Shown: positions 43,407 to 52,630, counted from the stretch's first letter. The stretch: DNA of 64,000 bases from a virus (IMGVR_UViG_3300020202_000076:401-64400), one strand, 5' to 3'. Notes: generated by a model not told the origin, from the sequence alone. A program made the numbers and translations.

Positions 43407-44930
43407 CTAGTGATCCCACCGTGTCTCCGGCGTGTACGACTGCTGCACGTTACGGGCAGAGCCTTGAGCGAAGGTCAGAACGAAGGCGTCCCCGAGGTCA
43501 GGTGACCGCAGGCCCCGCTTCTCCATCTCGTCCTTGCTCTCGACCTTCTTTCGCTCCCGCCCCGAGGTGTAGCTGTATCGGGGGGCGGTAAGCTCGGCGA
43601 TCAGCGGCTCGTCCTGGACGATCGACACGTCCTTGGCCTCGAACCACTCCCTTGCGGCAAACCACAGCTCGTCCCTGAGACGCGGATAGGTCTCCTTCGC
43701 GGACGATCCTTCCGCCGCATTCACCCCGACCACAGGCAGCCCCAGCTCGGTGAGCCGGTCGACCACACCGGCCCCCAGGCCGATGACATCGACGAAGATC
43801 ACCTCGGGCTTGTCCTCGGCCTCTAGATACTCCTGATGAACCCGACCGGCGGTCTGCATCGTGTCCAGGCCGGACCACGCCGCCACCCTCTCGGTCAGCG
43901 CATTGCCCTGGCGCTTGGCCAAGGCGCAGCGGTCTCCACCGAAGCGGGCAACGTCCAGGCCCCAGACCACGCGGCCCGTCGGCTTGACCTTGCGGTTGAT
44001 CGCCGCCCTCACCAGGGGAGAGGGAATCACGCTCCGCTTGTTCGATGCCTCGAAGGCCTCTTCCGGTGTCGCCGGGTACTCCCGGCGGAAGCTCTCTTCG
44101 CCTTCCTCGCCACCACCAAGATCCGCAATCTTGGCGCGGCGCCAGGCGATCTGGCCGTCCGTCAGCCCACCGCAGAGGGCCGAATACTCAACCTCGTCCT
44201 TGTCCTGCGCGAACCCCTTGTCGACCGGATGGCTGTATTCGGTCTGGAGATACCAGGGCACGAAGATGGCGATGAAGCCGCCCTCGCCCCGTACCGCCGA
44301 CTGCCAACGGCCGTGGAAGAAATCCCCCGGACCGTCCGACGTGCTCTCCAGGATCGCTTCGGTCCCCGGCTCATCGGGGATGGCTTGGAGGATTCCCGCC
44401 GCATGGGTTGAGGCGAAGGGCCAGAAGGCGACCTCGGACCCGTGGAAGAACTGGATCGTCTGCGACCGCCCAACGGCCTTGGTCCCTGCCGTGCCGACCT
44501 TGTAGCCCGAGTCCAGCTTGTCGAAGTGAAGCTCTTTCGCATTCGCTGCGCCCGTTGAGGGCTTGACCACATCCGGGCAGTGCTCGTGATAGCGCTCGGC
44601 CATCTCGAACAGGTTGTCCGTCGCCTCCTGCTCATGCGTGAGGATGAAGGCCCTGACGCCGTAACGGTGAGAAACCTTCCAGTAGAAGCGGCCCTCAACG
44701 TAGGTGGAGCAACCCTGTTGCCGCCCCTTGAGGATGATCGCCCGGACCTTGCCGGTCTCCTTGAGCTGCGCCTCGATCCTGTCGTGGATCAGCCGTTGCG
44801 CCGAGTTGAGCGTTAGAGGCTCGATCGCCCCCGACTTGGTGCGGATGCGAAGGCATTTGCTGGCGTAGTGAACGAAGTCGTCCTTGAGACGCTGGCGGAT
44901 GGCCAGCTCCTCGGACTCATCGAAGGGCAC
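43407..44930 (-). CDS. terL: Terminase large subunit
   Basis: IILKGRQQGCST, FHGSEVAFW, ILESTSDG, GLDVARFGGD, RSPDLGDA. Confidence 0.95.
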   Translation of the reverse strand: MPFDESEELAIRQRLKDDFVHYASKCLRIRTKSGAIEPLTLNSAQRLIHDRIEAQLKETGKVRAIILKGRQQGCSTYVEGRFYWKVSHRYGVRAFILTHEQEATDNLFEMAERYHEHCPDVVKPSTGAANAKELHFDKLDSGYKVGTAGTKAVGRSQTIQFFHGSEVAFWPFASTHAAGILQAIPDEPGTEAILESTSDGPGDFFHGRWQSAVRGEGGFIAIFVPWYLQTEYSHPVDKGFAQDKDEVEYSALCGGLTDGQIAWRRAKIADLGGGEEGEESFRREYPATPEEAFEASNKRSVIPSPLVRAAINRKVKPTGRVVWGLDVARFGGDRCALAKRQGNALTERVAAWSGLDTMQTAGRVHQEYLEAEDKPEVIFVDVIGLGAGVVDRLTELGLPVVGVNAAEGSSAKETYPRLRDELWFAAREWFEAKDVSIVQDEPLIAELTAPRYSYTSGRERKKVESKDEMEKRGLRSPDLGDAFVLTFAQGSARNVQQSYTPETRWDH

Positions 44931-45174
44931 GCAGCTTGTCCTCGTGCGTGACGGTCAGGTCGCCAGTGATCTGCGTGGGCAAGACCTTGCCGAGCAGCGT
45001 GCAGAAGACTGCGGGATTCTCCCGGGCCACCGTGTTGAGGTACGCCTCGCCGCCAACCTGGGTGAAGGCGTTGAGGATCGCGGTCTTGAGGTCGGCAGTG
45101 ATCTTGTTGACCGAGCCCTTGGGCCGCCCTTTGCCGGCATTCCCCCTATTCGGGCCTAGTTTACGCTCAGCCAT
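44917..45174 (-). CDS. terS: Terminase small subunit
   Basis: GRPKGSVNK.T.DLK.AI..AF...GG..YL...A..NP..F..LLGKVLP; directly upstream of terL. Confidence 0.8.
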   Translation of the reverse strand: MAERKLGPNRGNAGKGRPKGSVNKITADLKTAILNAFTQVGGEAYLNTVARENPAVFCTLLGKVLPTQITGDLTVTHEDKLRALR

Positions 45175-45220
45175 ATACGCCCAAGCCACGCCCCTTGCGG
45201 GGTAGCAGCCCTCTATCGGT

Positions 45221-45412
45221 TCACTCGCGCTCGGATGGCCGCGACATGTGCGGCCGAAGCTTCTCGCGGATCTGGAGATATTCCGTGTGGCCACACTTCT
45301 CGCAGACATGGCTGAGGAAGTCGGCGTCGTGGAGATAGCGCACAACCTCAACCGATCCGTCCTGCATCGGGATCTGGGCGATGGGGCCGGTCACCCCACA
45401 CAACGTTTCCAT
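45221..45412 (-). CDS. Zn-ribbon hypothetical protein
   Basis: CEKCGH motif; GAGA/GAAGA SD-like sequence. Confidence 0.45.
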   Translation of the reverse strand: METLCGVTGPIAQIPMQDGSVEVVRYLHDADFLSHVCEKCGHTEYLQIREKLRPHMSRPSERE

Positions 45413-45418
45413 GCCGCG

Positions 45419-45667
45419 CTATCGGTTCTCTTCGTACCCGTAATCGAGCTTGCGACGGTAGCCGTAGCCCGGAGAGCCGGACCCGCTCGCGCCGGCACTC
45501 ACATCCTCGGCGCCGAGCTGACGGGCACGATCATGGGTGAAGAAGCTGTCGGTGCTCTCATGAGCCGACCCCATGCGCCGCTGATAGTCGGGCGCCGCAA
45601 CCACGGGGACGGATTGCTTGGACGGCCAGTCAAGGACGGCCGGGCCGTCGACATCGCGGACTTTCAT
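45419..45667 (-). CDS. Hypothetical protein, first gene of the late operon
   Basis: GGGAG SD; MKVRDVDG... Confidence 0.5.
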   Translation of the reverse strand: MKVRDVDGPAVLDWPSKQSVPVVAAPDYQRRMGSAHESTDSFFTHDRARQLGAEDVSAGASGSGSPGYGYRRKLDYGYEENR

Positions 45668-45680
45668 GGGCGGGGCTCCC

Positions 45681-45718
45681 AAAGCAAAAACCCGCCGCGG
45701 ATGGTTCCGGGCGGGCGC
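45681..45718 (-). terminator. Rho-independent terminator at the head of the late operon
   Basis: Minus strand CCCGCC(C)GGA-ACCA-TCC(GC)GGCGGG followed by TTTTTGCTTT. Confidence 0.65.
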
Positions 45719-45972
45719 AGAAATCGTATTCTGAGCGGTAGTCAATACCAGCAATCGGGCTAGGCGTCAACCATTCGCTTCCACATTTCGTCGGTATGTC
45801 TCCAGCACCTCAGGCAGATCGTTGCCATGAATGCCGATGAGCGCGAACTCGATATCGAAACACCTGATGCACAGGTCATAAGACCGATGAGGGGAATAGA
45901 CGCCGCTTTCGCCGATCTCGCTCTCCCACTCCAGATCCTTGGAGCATCCGGCGCAGTGGCGATTGCGCGGCA

Positions 45973-46455
45973 TCACGCCACCCAATCCAGGTTTCGCGGC
46001 AGCGGCGTCGCTTTCCTGATCCGCGCGTAGGCCTGCAGAGCCTCGGCAACCATCCTCGATGGAAGATCAAACTCGATCGTGCCGTCAGCGAATTTCTGGC
46101 CCCAGCCCGGCGGTTCGCCATCCACCACCATGTCGAGCAAACGGGAGAGGACGTTATGGCCCCATCCCTGCGTCCAGGGGAGATAGCGGTTGGCGTGTAT
46201 CCAGGCAATCTCGGGATTCATCACCGCCCGACCACCCTCGCCTCGCGCCTTGGTCAGAAGGCTTCCGGCGACGGCCATGTAGACCTTGCGGATCTCCAGG
46301 GCTCCGTCCCGTGCAGCGTCGTCGATCAGACCCTCGGTGTGCATGATCACCAGAGGGTCCGGCTGAAGCTTCGCTAGGGTCTCTGGCGTAGGCCCCACCC
46401 TGTCGGACACCTTGACGGCCTCGCGCTTCGCCTTCTTGCCCTTACGCTTCGGCAT
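45973..46455 (-). CDS. Putative late-gene regulator (Q-position protein)
   Basis: GPTPETLAKL.PDPL..M...G.I pattern; lies upstream of the late terminator. Confidence 0.45.
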   Translation of the reverse strand: MPKRKGKKAKREAVKVSDRVGPTPETLAKLQPDPLVIMHTEGLIDDAARDGALEIRKVYMAVAGSLLTKARGEGGRAVMNPEIAWIHANRYLPWTQGWGHNVLSRLLDMVVDGEPPGWGQKFADGTIEFDLPSRMVAEALQAYARIRKATPLPRNLDWVA

Positions 46456-46488
46456 CCAGACCTCGGTCGCTAGTTGCATGGTCGATCC

Positions 46489-46749
46489 TCACGGCAGCCT
46501 CAGTTGTCCCTCTGGGAGCTTCTGTCCCGATGCGTGGAAGCGGGCGTATTCGAGTTCTCGATATGCGTTCTGCAGGGCTATGGCGTCGTTGATGTCCAGG
46601 GCGCCCCAGAGTCGGGAACGGTTCTTCATCACCTGGTCCAAGGCCTTGAGCGTGTTGTGTTCAGCAAGAGCAAGGTTGGTCAGCATCTCGACCTGAGAGC
46701 CGTCTCGCATGGTCAGGGTTTCGGTCTTGGGGGGCTGAACGTCTGTCAT
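46489..46749 (-). CDS. Hypothetical protein
   Basis: ATGA-coupled; its start lies inside a family-II motif. Confidence 0.5.
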   Translation of the reverse strand: MTDVQPPKTETLTMRDGSQVEMLTNLALAEHNTLKALDQVMKNRSRLWGALDINDAIALQNAYRELEYARFHASGQKLPEGQLRLP

Positions 46750-46934
46750 CGAGCCTTGCGAGACCCCGTTTCGGCCAGGTATTCGCCGCACCAGTAGATT
46801 GTCGAGTTCACGACAGCCTGCGGAAAGCGCACACACTGGACGCGCGGGTATTCCACACCCTCGAAGGGACCGTGAAGGATTTCCTTCGGAGGCCACGGCC
46901 TCGCCCATTTGCAGGTTTCGCAGCTCTCCGTCAC
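46746..46934 (-). CDS. Small Cys-rich protein
   Basis: CETCKW...C.RFP...WCGEY. Confidence 0.6.
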   Translation of the reverse strand: MTESCETCKWARPWPPKEILHGPFEGVEYPRVQCVRFPQAVVNSTIYWCGEYLAETGSRKAR

Positions 46935-47359
46935 TTCGCGCTCTCGTAAAGGGCGCGCAGATCGGTCATTTTGACGACCAGCCCACTGTCGCGCGGGTCT
47001 TCGCCTAGTCGCGGCCCCGCATGCCTTGAGGCAAGCTTCTCGATCTTCTCCATCCATTCGGAGTCGCGGGCGCGAACCCCTGAGCAAAACACATCCATTG
47101 AACTCACAATGGGAACCGCGTTCCGCCATGCCGTGTCGTAGCATTCCGCCGCCGTGCGCAGCCTCGGCTTGTCTAGAGCCGCACGCTCGGCTTCGGCGAA
47201 CTTGATCGCGTCGTTTGCTGCCAGAAGGTCGCTTGCGCTCACAATGTCGACCGGGTTCATGTGGACCTTGCCGAGCCCGGCCGCCCATCGAGCGAGCACC
47301 CTAAGCGCCCTCTCCTTCGCCTCTTGTACCCTGATGTCTGCTGTGGTGGTGGATGTCAT
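46931..47359 (-). CDS. Hypothetical protein
   Basis: GTGA coupling with the downstream gene. Confidence 0.5.
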   Translation of the reverse strand: MTSTTTADIRVQEAKERALRVLARWAAGLGKVHMNPVDIVSASDLLAANDAIKFAEAERAALDKPRLRTAAECYDTAWRNAVPIVSSMDVFCSGVRARDSEWMEKIEKLASRHAGPRLGEDPRDSGLVVKMTDLRALYESAK

Positions 47360-47408
47360 GGTGAGGTCTTTCGATGGGTCTTATGTGGAGGGTTCTTGAG
47401 AGCAACCG

Positions 47409-47813
47409 TCACCGAGCACTGTCAGCGGGCATCGTAATCGTCATCGGCTCGCGCACGGCGTCAGTCACCGAAAGCCAGTGGGCGGCAGACTCATCGCCAG
47501 CAAGCGGCGCGGGCGTTCCGTCATCGTTCATCGCGCCCCGGAAGCTCTTCGGCTCAAGGCCGATTGCGACGCGCAGGTGATCGACCAGCACCTCGCACAT
47601 GCGCTCACACTCGATGCCGCCAGCCGGCAGCGAGCCCAAGATCGTGTCGGGCGCGTGTCCGCTTAGCAGGTTGATCGCGCCGATGATCGCGCGGCGCATC
47701 TTGATCTCGCTCGATTCCTGATCCGCAATCATCGCTCTGATCTCCGGTGAATTGAGGCCTTCGATGGTGCGCCGCATAACCTCAGCGCAGTCTTCCGTGC
47801 TCCAGTCGCTCAT
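47409..47813 (-). CDS. Hypothetical protein, paralogue of 11886-12206
   Basis: GGAGG SD; MRRAIIGAINLL...PAGGIECERMCEVLVDHLRVAIG. Confidence 0.65.
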   Translation of the reverse strand: MSDWSTEDCAEVMRRTIEGLNSPEIRAMIADQESSEIKMRRAIIGAINLLSGHAPDTILGSLPAGGIECERMCEVLVDHLRVAIGLEPKSFRGAMNDDGTPAPLAGDESAAHWLSVTDAVREPMTITMPADSAR

Positions 47814-48100
47814 CTCAGCCTCCCCACATCCATCGCCAGCGTCGATACCAGGGCTCGGGCGCGGGACCGACCGCAGCGTCGTAGACCTTCCTCGGACGAG
47901 GCCCAGGCCGATCAGACCAACCGCCCGTCGCGCAGCACCGCTTGCTGGTTCGGCTTCCAGCCCGGGCAGACGCGCCGCTCGGTATCGCCACCAGAGCAAG
48001 GCTTATCGCCGCGCACCCCAGAAGCGACGCAAGCAACGATCTCCTCCTCATCGCCCCTCTCCGTTGGTTGCCAAGGTCTCCGCGAGCGGAGCGAGCCACC

Positions 48101-48325
48101 TCACGCTGCCTTCCTCTTCCTTGGCAGCCGGTAGCGTGCCACTCGCTTTCCGGACTCCACCTCCACCATGGTCTTCTCGATCGGGTGCTTGTCCTTTCGG
48201 AGGTCGTAGATCCTTCCGCTCAACCTGAGACACCCGTACAGCCTCAAAGCCTCCAACGAGGTGATCGTCTTCCCCCGCTTCAGATGCGCGAGGATCGCTG
48301 CGGATTGTGTTTCGTTCGTCGCCAT
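48101..48325 (-). CDS. Winged-HTH protein
   Basis: Q...IL.HLK.GKTIT.LEAL..YGC.RL..RIYDLRK. Confidence 0.8.
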   Translation of the reverse strand: MATNETQSAAILAHLKRGKTITSLEALRLYGCLRLSGRIYDLRKDKHPIEKTMVEVESGKRVARYRLPRKRKAA

Positions 48326-48342
48326 CACAGGCCCCTCTCTGG

Positions 48343-49095
48343 TTACGCCGCCTTCGGCACTTCGCTCGCAATCGCCACGAGATCGGCAAAGGCGGACGTT
48401 CCGCGCCTCTCAGCCGACCGCATCGCCCCCTGCATCCGCTCCGCGAACTCCTGACGCTCGCCGACCTGAGCAGCGATCTGCCAAGCCTGATTGACCTCGA
48501 AGCCGTGGCTTTGCATGCGCTGGACGATGCGAGCCCAGTCGATGCCGACAAGGTCCGTGATCCGCCGAGCGCGAGGCGCAGCCGAGCGTCGGGACCGAGA
48601 ATCCAATTCAGAGGTTTTAAAATCTCTTGGTCTGGTATCTGGCCTCTGGCTTCTGGCCTCTCGGTCGCGCGCGTCGCGAGACTTATCCGTCGGGTTATCC
48701 GGTTTTGGCGGCGGGGGGTTATCCGACCCCTTATCCAAAAGGCGGGGGTTGCCGCCGCTCGCTCCGTTCGCTTGGTTGACCGCCCGGCGATGCGCGTCAC
48801 GGACCATGCGCCGGCTGATCCAGACGCCATCTTTGATCGTGGCTACTCCGGCGCCCTCAAGCTCATCGAGCGCCTTCCTGACGAGCCCTGTGGGCGCCCC
48901 GACCTGTACCGCGATCTGCGGAAGTGTCGGCGCTTTGCCGTTGATCAGCAGATGGCCATAGGGCGTCGCCTCGTGCATGAGGCAGAGCATTTCCATCCAG
49001 AGGCCGCGCGCCGCCAGGCTGCACAGGCGTAGCTCTTTGTTGGCTCGCCAATCGGCCCAGTAAAATTTCGACCAGGGCTCGCGCTTGTCGATCAT
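48343..49095 (-). CDS. Replication initiator-like protein (YdaU/DUF1376-related)
   Basis: PW.KFY.ADW....LRLCSLAARGLW.EMLCLMH...YG.L...SRRMVRD...G..GGNP. Confidence 0.75.
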   Translation of the reverse strand: MIDKREPWSKFYWADWRANKELRLCSLAARGLWMEMLCLMHEATPYGHLLINGKAPTLPQIAVQVGAPTGLVRKALDELEGAGVATIKDGVWISRRMVRDAHRRAVNQANGASGGNPRLLDKGSDNPPPPKPDNPTDKSRDARDREARSQRPDTRPRDFKTSELDSRSRRSAAPRARRITDLVGIDWARIVQRMQSHGFEVNQAWQIAAQVGERQEFAERMQGAMRSAERRGTSAFADLVAIASEVPKAA

Positions 49096-49655
49096 CAGTG
49101 CAGGCTCCAGCCCATTTCCTCGGGCGTCCGGGTGCGCTTGCGGCGATTGCACGGCTTGCAGGCGGTGACCAAGTTGTCGGGATCGTCGCGTCCGCCGCGG
49201 CTACGCGGGAGGACGTGATCGCACTCAAGCTTACCGCCCCGAGCGCCGCAGTACCGGCACGTGAAGTCGTCACGCTCGAATACCGATTGCCTGATCTGCC
49301 GCCAGTCAGCAGGCATCTCCCTGGAATCGCGCGGGAGAAGACGCCTCGATCCGCGCCAGTGGCGCATCCATTGCATTGGCCTGGGCGTCCAGCCCTTGGC
49401 CGTTACATCGAACATCGACTCCAGACGCGGACGCATCCGGCGCCATTTCCGGACCGAGAAAAGACGGGTTGTTTGCGCAAAATCGCGATCGTCGTAGTCG
49501 AGTGGAGTGCCGCGCCACCACCACGCCGCGACTAACAAGAGGTATGCCCCTATCTCCGCGGCGCCAAGATGGGCCGCCTCCGAGACGAGCTGCGCCACAT
49601 CAATAGGCATTGCCTCCGGCGCGTCGCTGTCCGACCGCATTACGACGTCCTCCAT
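49095..49655 (-). CDS. DUF1376-like N-terminus fused to an HNH endonuclease
   Basis: MPI.V......HL.A.E.GAYLLL....W, then VFERDDFTCRYCG...ECDHVLPRSRGG.D..DNLVTACKPCNRRK. Confidence 0.8.
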   Translation of the reverse strand: MEDVVMRSDSDAPEAMPIDVAQLVSEAAHLGAAEIGAYLLLVAAWWWRGTPLDYDDRDFAQTTRLFSVRKWRRMRPRLESMFDVTAKGWTPRPMQWMRHWRGSRRLLPRDSREMPADWRQIRQSVFERDDFTCRYCGARGGKLECDHVLPRSRGGRDDPDNLVTACKPCNRRKRTRTPEEMGWSLH

Positions 49656-49909
49656 ACGCGCACACCCTCAGGCATGAGCCTGGAGGTGTAGCTTCGCTCC
49701 TCGATGCCCTTTACGGCCTTGCCAGCAGCGACGGCGCTCCGGCGTGGCGTCGCGTTATGCAGATGAGTGCGTCCCGGGATCAGAAAGCTGTCGCCGACTT
49801 CCATCTCGCGCCAAGGAAAGTTGACTTGCTTGGAGCCGCGAGGCCGCCCGCCCCGCTTAAGCGGCGGGATCGGAATGCCCTTTTCGACTGGCAGGAAGCT
49901 CCGGCTCAT
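49640..49909 (-). CDS. Small DNA-binding-like phage protein
   Basis: VEKGIPIP...[13 protein letters not shown]...GVRVWR. Confidence 0.7.
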   Translation of the reverse strand: MSRSFLPVEKGIPIPPLKRGGRPRGSKQVNFPWREMEVGDSFLIPGRTHLHNATPRRSAVAAGKAVKGIEERSYTSRLMPEGVRVWRTS

Positions 49910-50253
49910 TGCATCCCCTCACCCAGCAGCGCGCCATGGATGCGGACCTTGGCGCCGATGATTGCGGATCGAGCCTCGGGATGAGCGTTGGCCGTCTCGT
50001 CCAGAATGCGATCGATCTCGGAGCGCAGGTTGGGCTTCGCCTCGATGGCCCTCAGGACCTCGATGGACCGATCCTGGAATGGGCGGCGCCGGATGAATCC
50101 GCGCTCCTCAAGCCCGAGGACCAAGCGATGGATGCCCGATCTGGACTTGAGACCGAGCGCATCCTTCATCTCGTCATAGGAAGGCGCACATCGGTTCTCG
50201 ACCATGTACTGGCCGATGAAGTCCAGAAGGTGCGATTGCTGGCGCGTCAGCAT
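49906..50253 (-). CDS. LexA-type DNA-binding domain without peptidase domain
   Basis: MLTRQQ..LL.FI......[32 protein letters not shown], very close to the alphaproteobacterial LexA N-terminus; 115 aa. Confidence 0.85.
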   Translation of the reverse strand: MLTRQQSHLLDFIGQYMVENRCAPSYDEMKDALGLKSRSGIHRLVLGLEERGFIRRRPFQDRSIEVLRAIEAKPNLRSEIDRILDETANAHPEARSAIIGAKVRIHGALLGEGMQ

Positions 50254-50284
50254 CGTGTTTCCCGTGAAACAGAACATGCAGTGA

Positions 50285-50545
50285 TCACAGCCCCGCCCTA
50301 TGCAGCACGAGCCGGTTGACGAAGGCGCTGAACGCCCGCTTGTCCGCCTCACCGATGAGCTTTGCGTGGCTCTCCACCATGGCGATGAATGAATTGAGGT
50401 CCATCGGGTAGTGGAGGTCGGATGCAGAGCCCTGCCTTCCGTTCTTCCCTCCTCCGTCCCTTCCCGCCTCGGCGATGATCTCGATACCGCCGGCAATAAG
50501 ACGAGCCTCTATCGCGGCCTTGCGCATGGTTACCTGGTCTCTCAT
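50285..50545 (-). CDS. Hypothetical protein
   Basis: ORF downstream of a family-I motif. Confidence 0.5.
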   Translation of the reverse strand: MRDQVTMRKAAIEARLIAGGIEIIAEAGRDGGGKNGRQGSASDLHYPMDLNSFIAMVESHAKLIGEADKRAFSAFVNRLVLHRAGL

Positions 50546-50630
50546 GCGGATAGCCCTTTAGGTGGCTCCGGCAGTCGCCGTTCTGCTGCCGTGGCTACCG
50601 AGCCCGTCGCGGGAGTGTGGCCGTTGTCGG

Positions 50631-50969
50631 TCATGCCCGCCTCGCCTTCTTCGGCTTGGTCTTGCCGAAGAGATTGGGCATCTCTTTCGCCAGCTTCTCG
50701 TCGGCAGCACTGGGCAAGCCGAGCTTCGCCCGCAGGCGGTCAATTTCCGTGCGCGCCGCGTAGAGCGAACCGACAGTGGAGAGGAGCGACCCGGCGACGT
50801 GCTCCGGCTCCTCTTGAAGCATCGGATAGGGCCGACGTTTCGCAAGAGCCTCGCCGATCATCTGCACGTGACGAGAGGCGGGACAGGTGTTCTCGGGGAA
50901 CCGTCGCTCTCGGTTGGCCCTGCGCAGCGCGCGCATCGCGTACTGGCGGTCGGTCATCGGCTTCTTCAT
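50631..50969 (-). CDS. Hypothetical protein
   Basis: ATGA-coupled to rusA; followed by a family-I motif. Confidence 0.6.
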   Translation of the reverse strand: MKKPMTDRQYAMRALRRANRERRFPENTCPASRHVQMIGEALAKRRPYPMLQEEPEHVAGSLLSTVGSLYAARTEIDRLRAKLGLPSAADEKLAKEMPNLFGKTKPKKARRA

Positions 50970-51313
50970 GACAACGATCCGATGGTGACGAGCATGTCGC
51001 TGCGATCCGCACGCTTGATGTGCAGATCGTCTATGAACTTGTCGTCCGTGAGGATGCGGAGCTTCACCAATAGGTCTGAAGCCGCTTTCTCGAAATTTCC
51101 GATATCGCGGCGCCGGTCACGCGGCACTTCGTAGGCCACGATGTAGGGCGGCTCGACGGTCCCCTTGCCGACCACCGCTGTCTTCGCCAGCCAGCCGGCC
51201 TCGTTGATCCACTTCCGGTACTCGGGCGACTTCGCGCGACCACGGCCCGGCACGTTGACGAACAGATTGTTCGCCGAAGGTGGAACCGGAATCGTGAACG
51301 TCAGTTTGGACAT
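50966..51313 (-). CDS. rusA: RusA-family Holliday junction resolvase
   Basis: P.PPSAN...RRRDIGNFEKA.SD.L....I..DD..I. Confidence 0.85.
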   Translation of the reverse strand: MSKLTFTIPVPPSANNLFVNVPGRGRAKSPEYRKWINEAGWLAKTAVVGKGTVEPPYIVAYEVPRDRRRDIGNFEKAASDLLVKLRILTDDKFIDDLHIKRADRSDMLVTIGSLS

Positions 51314-51337
51314 TTGCCGTTCTGCGACCTTGCGAAG

Positions 51338-51430
51338 GGACCGGGGGACAAGCCCCCGGCCAAGGTTGGGACAGTGGGAGGACTGTCCCTAGGGAGGAGT
51401 GCCGAGCGACAGTGCCCCGCTCGGCCGGGG
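51338..51430 (-). ncRNA. Three-hairpin element with anti-SD CCUCCC motifs (cuckoo-like sRNA candidate)
   Basis: Minus strand GGGACAGT-CCTCCC-ACTGTCCC, linker CTCCTCCC and two further GC stems. Confidence 0.45.
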
Positions 51431-51436
51431 ATCTCG

Positions 51437-51670
51437 TCAGGACTTGCGTTTTTCGATGCAGTCGGCGATGCCGTAGAAGAGGCCAAACGTCACGCCGGTG
51501 TAGGCAGCGCCAGTCAACGCCACAAAGGCGAGACTGCCCGTCGCATCATGCACGGTGACCACCACGTAGCCGCCGACAACCGCAGCGACGCCAAGCGCAC
51601 CGAATACGACAGCCCCCAAGAGGATGTGCTGAACGACTGCCTTGAGGCATTCCATCCGACGACTCCCCAA
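51437..51670 (-). CDS. Two-TM membrane protein
   Basis: Two hydrophobic helices. Confidence 0.5.
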   Translation of the reverse strand: MGSRRMECLKAVVQHILLGAVVFGALGVAAVVGGYVVVTVHDATGSLAFVALTGAAYTGVTFGLFYGIADCIEKRKS

Positions 51671-51734
51671 TGTTCACGCGGCCACCTCGCCGCGCCCTGC
51701 TACGACCTGAGCGGCCCACCCGGCCGCGAACGAG

Positions 51735-52460
51735 TTACGCTGCTGTGGTTGACATGCTCAGAACCTTCTCGCTGTCCGCGAGGTGATCCGCTTCCGTGAA
51801 GTAACCGATGTTCGTCACCAGCCCGTCGCAGATGGCTTTGCCGATCACGCGAGGGATGCTGAATGTTTTCTCAAGGCCCTTCCCGTCCACCACCGTTGAA
51901 AAGATCGGCGTGCCCCACTGGAGCCAGCAAACCTTGACGCAGAGGCGGGAGATCAGCTGACCAAGCCCGTTGTTGCCTCGGTCAGGGCGAGCCCATGTCG
52001 TGCCGCAATGGACAAAGGTTTTGAGGTCGTCCAGCTCAGGCGCGTTGCCTTCGACGACGACGTTCTGGTACTGCCGGTCCTCGTCCCTGTCGCACCACAG
52101 CCGTTGTGTCTCGAACAGCCGGCGGATCGTGCCGAGCGGATACATCGCCCCGGTTGAGGTAAGGACCAGCGGCGCCGGCAGGCTCGGATATGTCCCGATG
52201 AAGCCCAGGAAGGAGCCGGGCGCGATGTAGCGCGCGATCGGATCGGCATGGCGAGCGAGAAGAGGAAGTGGAGCGGAGCCGACCATGGCTCGGCGGTATT
52301 CCATCTCCACCGTGTCCCGGAACCGCCACGCATCCATGGAGAGCATGAGGACCACGCCCTTCGCTCTGATCTGATCGACCAGAACGATTGAGGCGTCCCT
52401 GACCTTCTCCTGCTCAGGAGTGCAGACGAGGGCCGACAGCCATTCGCGAAGGCGCATCAT
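51735..52460 (-). CDS. GNAT/acyltransferase-like protein
   Basis: ATGA-coupled start MMRLREW; HCGTTWARPDRGNNGLGQLISRL resembles GNAT motif A. Confidence 0.5.
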   Translation of the reverse strand: MMRLREWLSALVCTPEQEKVRDASIVLVDQIRAKGVVLMLSMDAWRFRDTVEMEYRRAMVGSAPLPLLARHADPIARYIAPGSFLGFIGTYPSLPAPLVLTSTGAMYPLGTIRRLFETQRLWCDRDEDRQYQNVVVEGNAPELDDLKTFVHCGTTWARPDRGNNGLGQLISRLCVKVCWLQWGTPIFSTVVDGKGLEKTFSIPRVIGKAICDGLVTNIGYFTEADHLADSEKVLSMSTTAA

Positions 52461-52630
52461 GCCGCAGCCTCGCTCTTCTCGTTCATCGCGAGCTGGTACT
52501 TCTGCTGCTTCGACAGCGCGGCCTCTGATACCGGGCCGGCTCCGCCAGCAACCTTCCGGCACTGGTTGTCGATTGCGCACGGCGCCGCACAGCGCGTCAT
52601 CGTGTTGGGGCACACGTCGCGGGGCGTCAT
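52457..52630 (-). CDS. 57-aa Cys-rich peptide (absent from the ORF track)
   Basis: MTPRDVCPNTMTRCAAPCAIDNQC...EAAA*; ATGA coupling at both ends. Confidence 0.5.
   Translation of the reverse strand: MTPRDVCPNTMTRCAAPCAIDNQCRKVAGGAGPVSEAALSKQQKYQLAMNEKSEAAA

Larger units (their letters stand above)
697..46779. repeat. Dispersed family-II junction motif YCTRGCCGA-N30/31-GTTCAGC, three copies
   Basis: 697-743(+), 3105-3151(+), 46734-46779(-). Confidence 0.7.

Noticed and set aside
15397-44505. Long + strand ORFs opposite the structural genes (e.g. 16846-18573, 25001-27454, 37187-39766)
   Set aside because: Antisense shadows of GC-biased coding sequence with no recognisable motifs.
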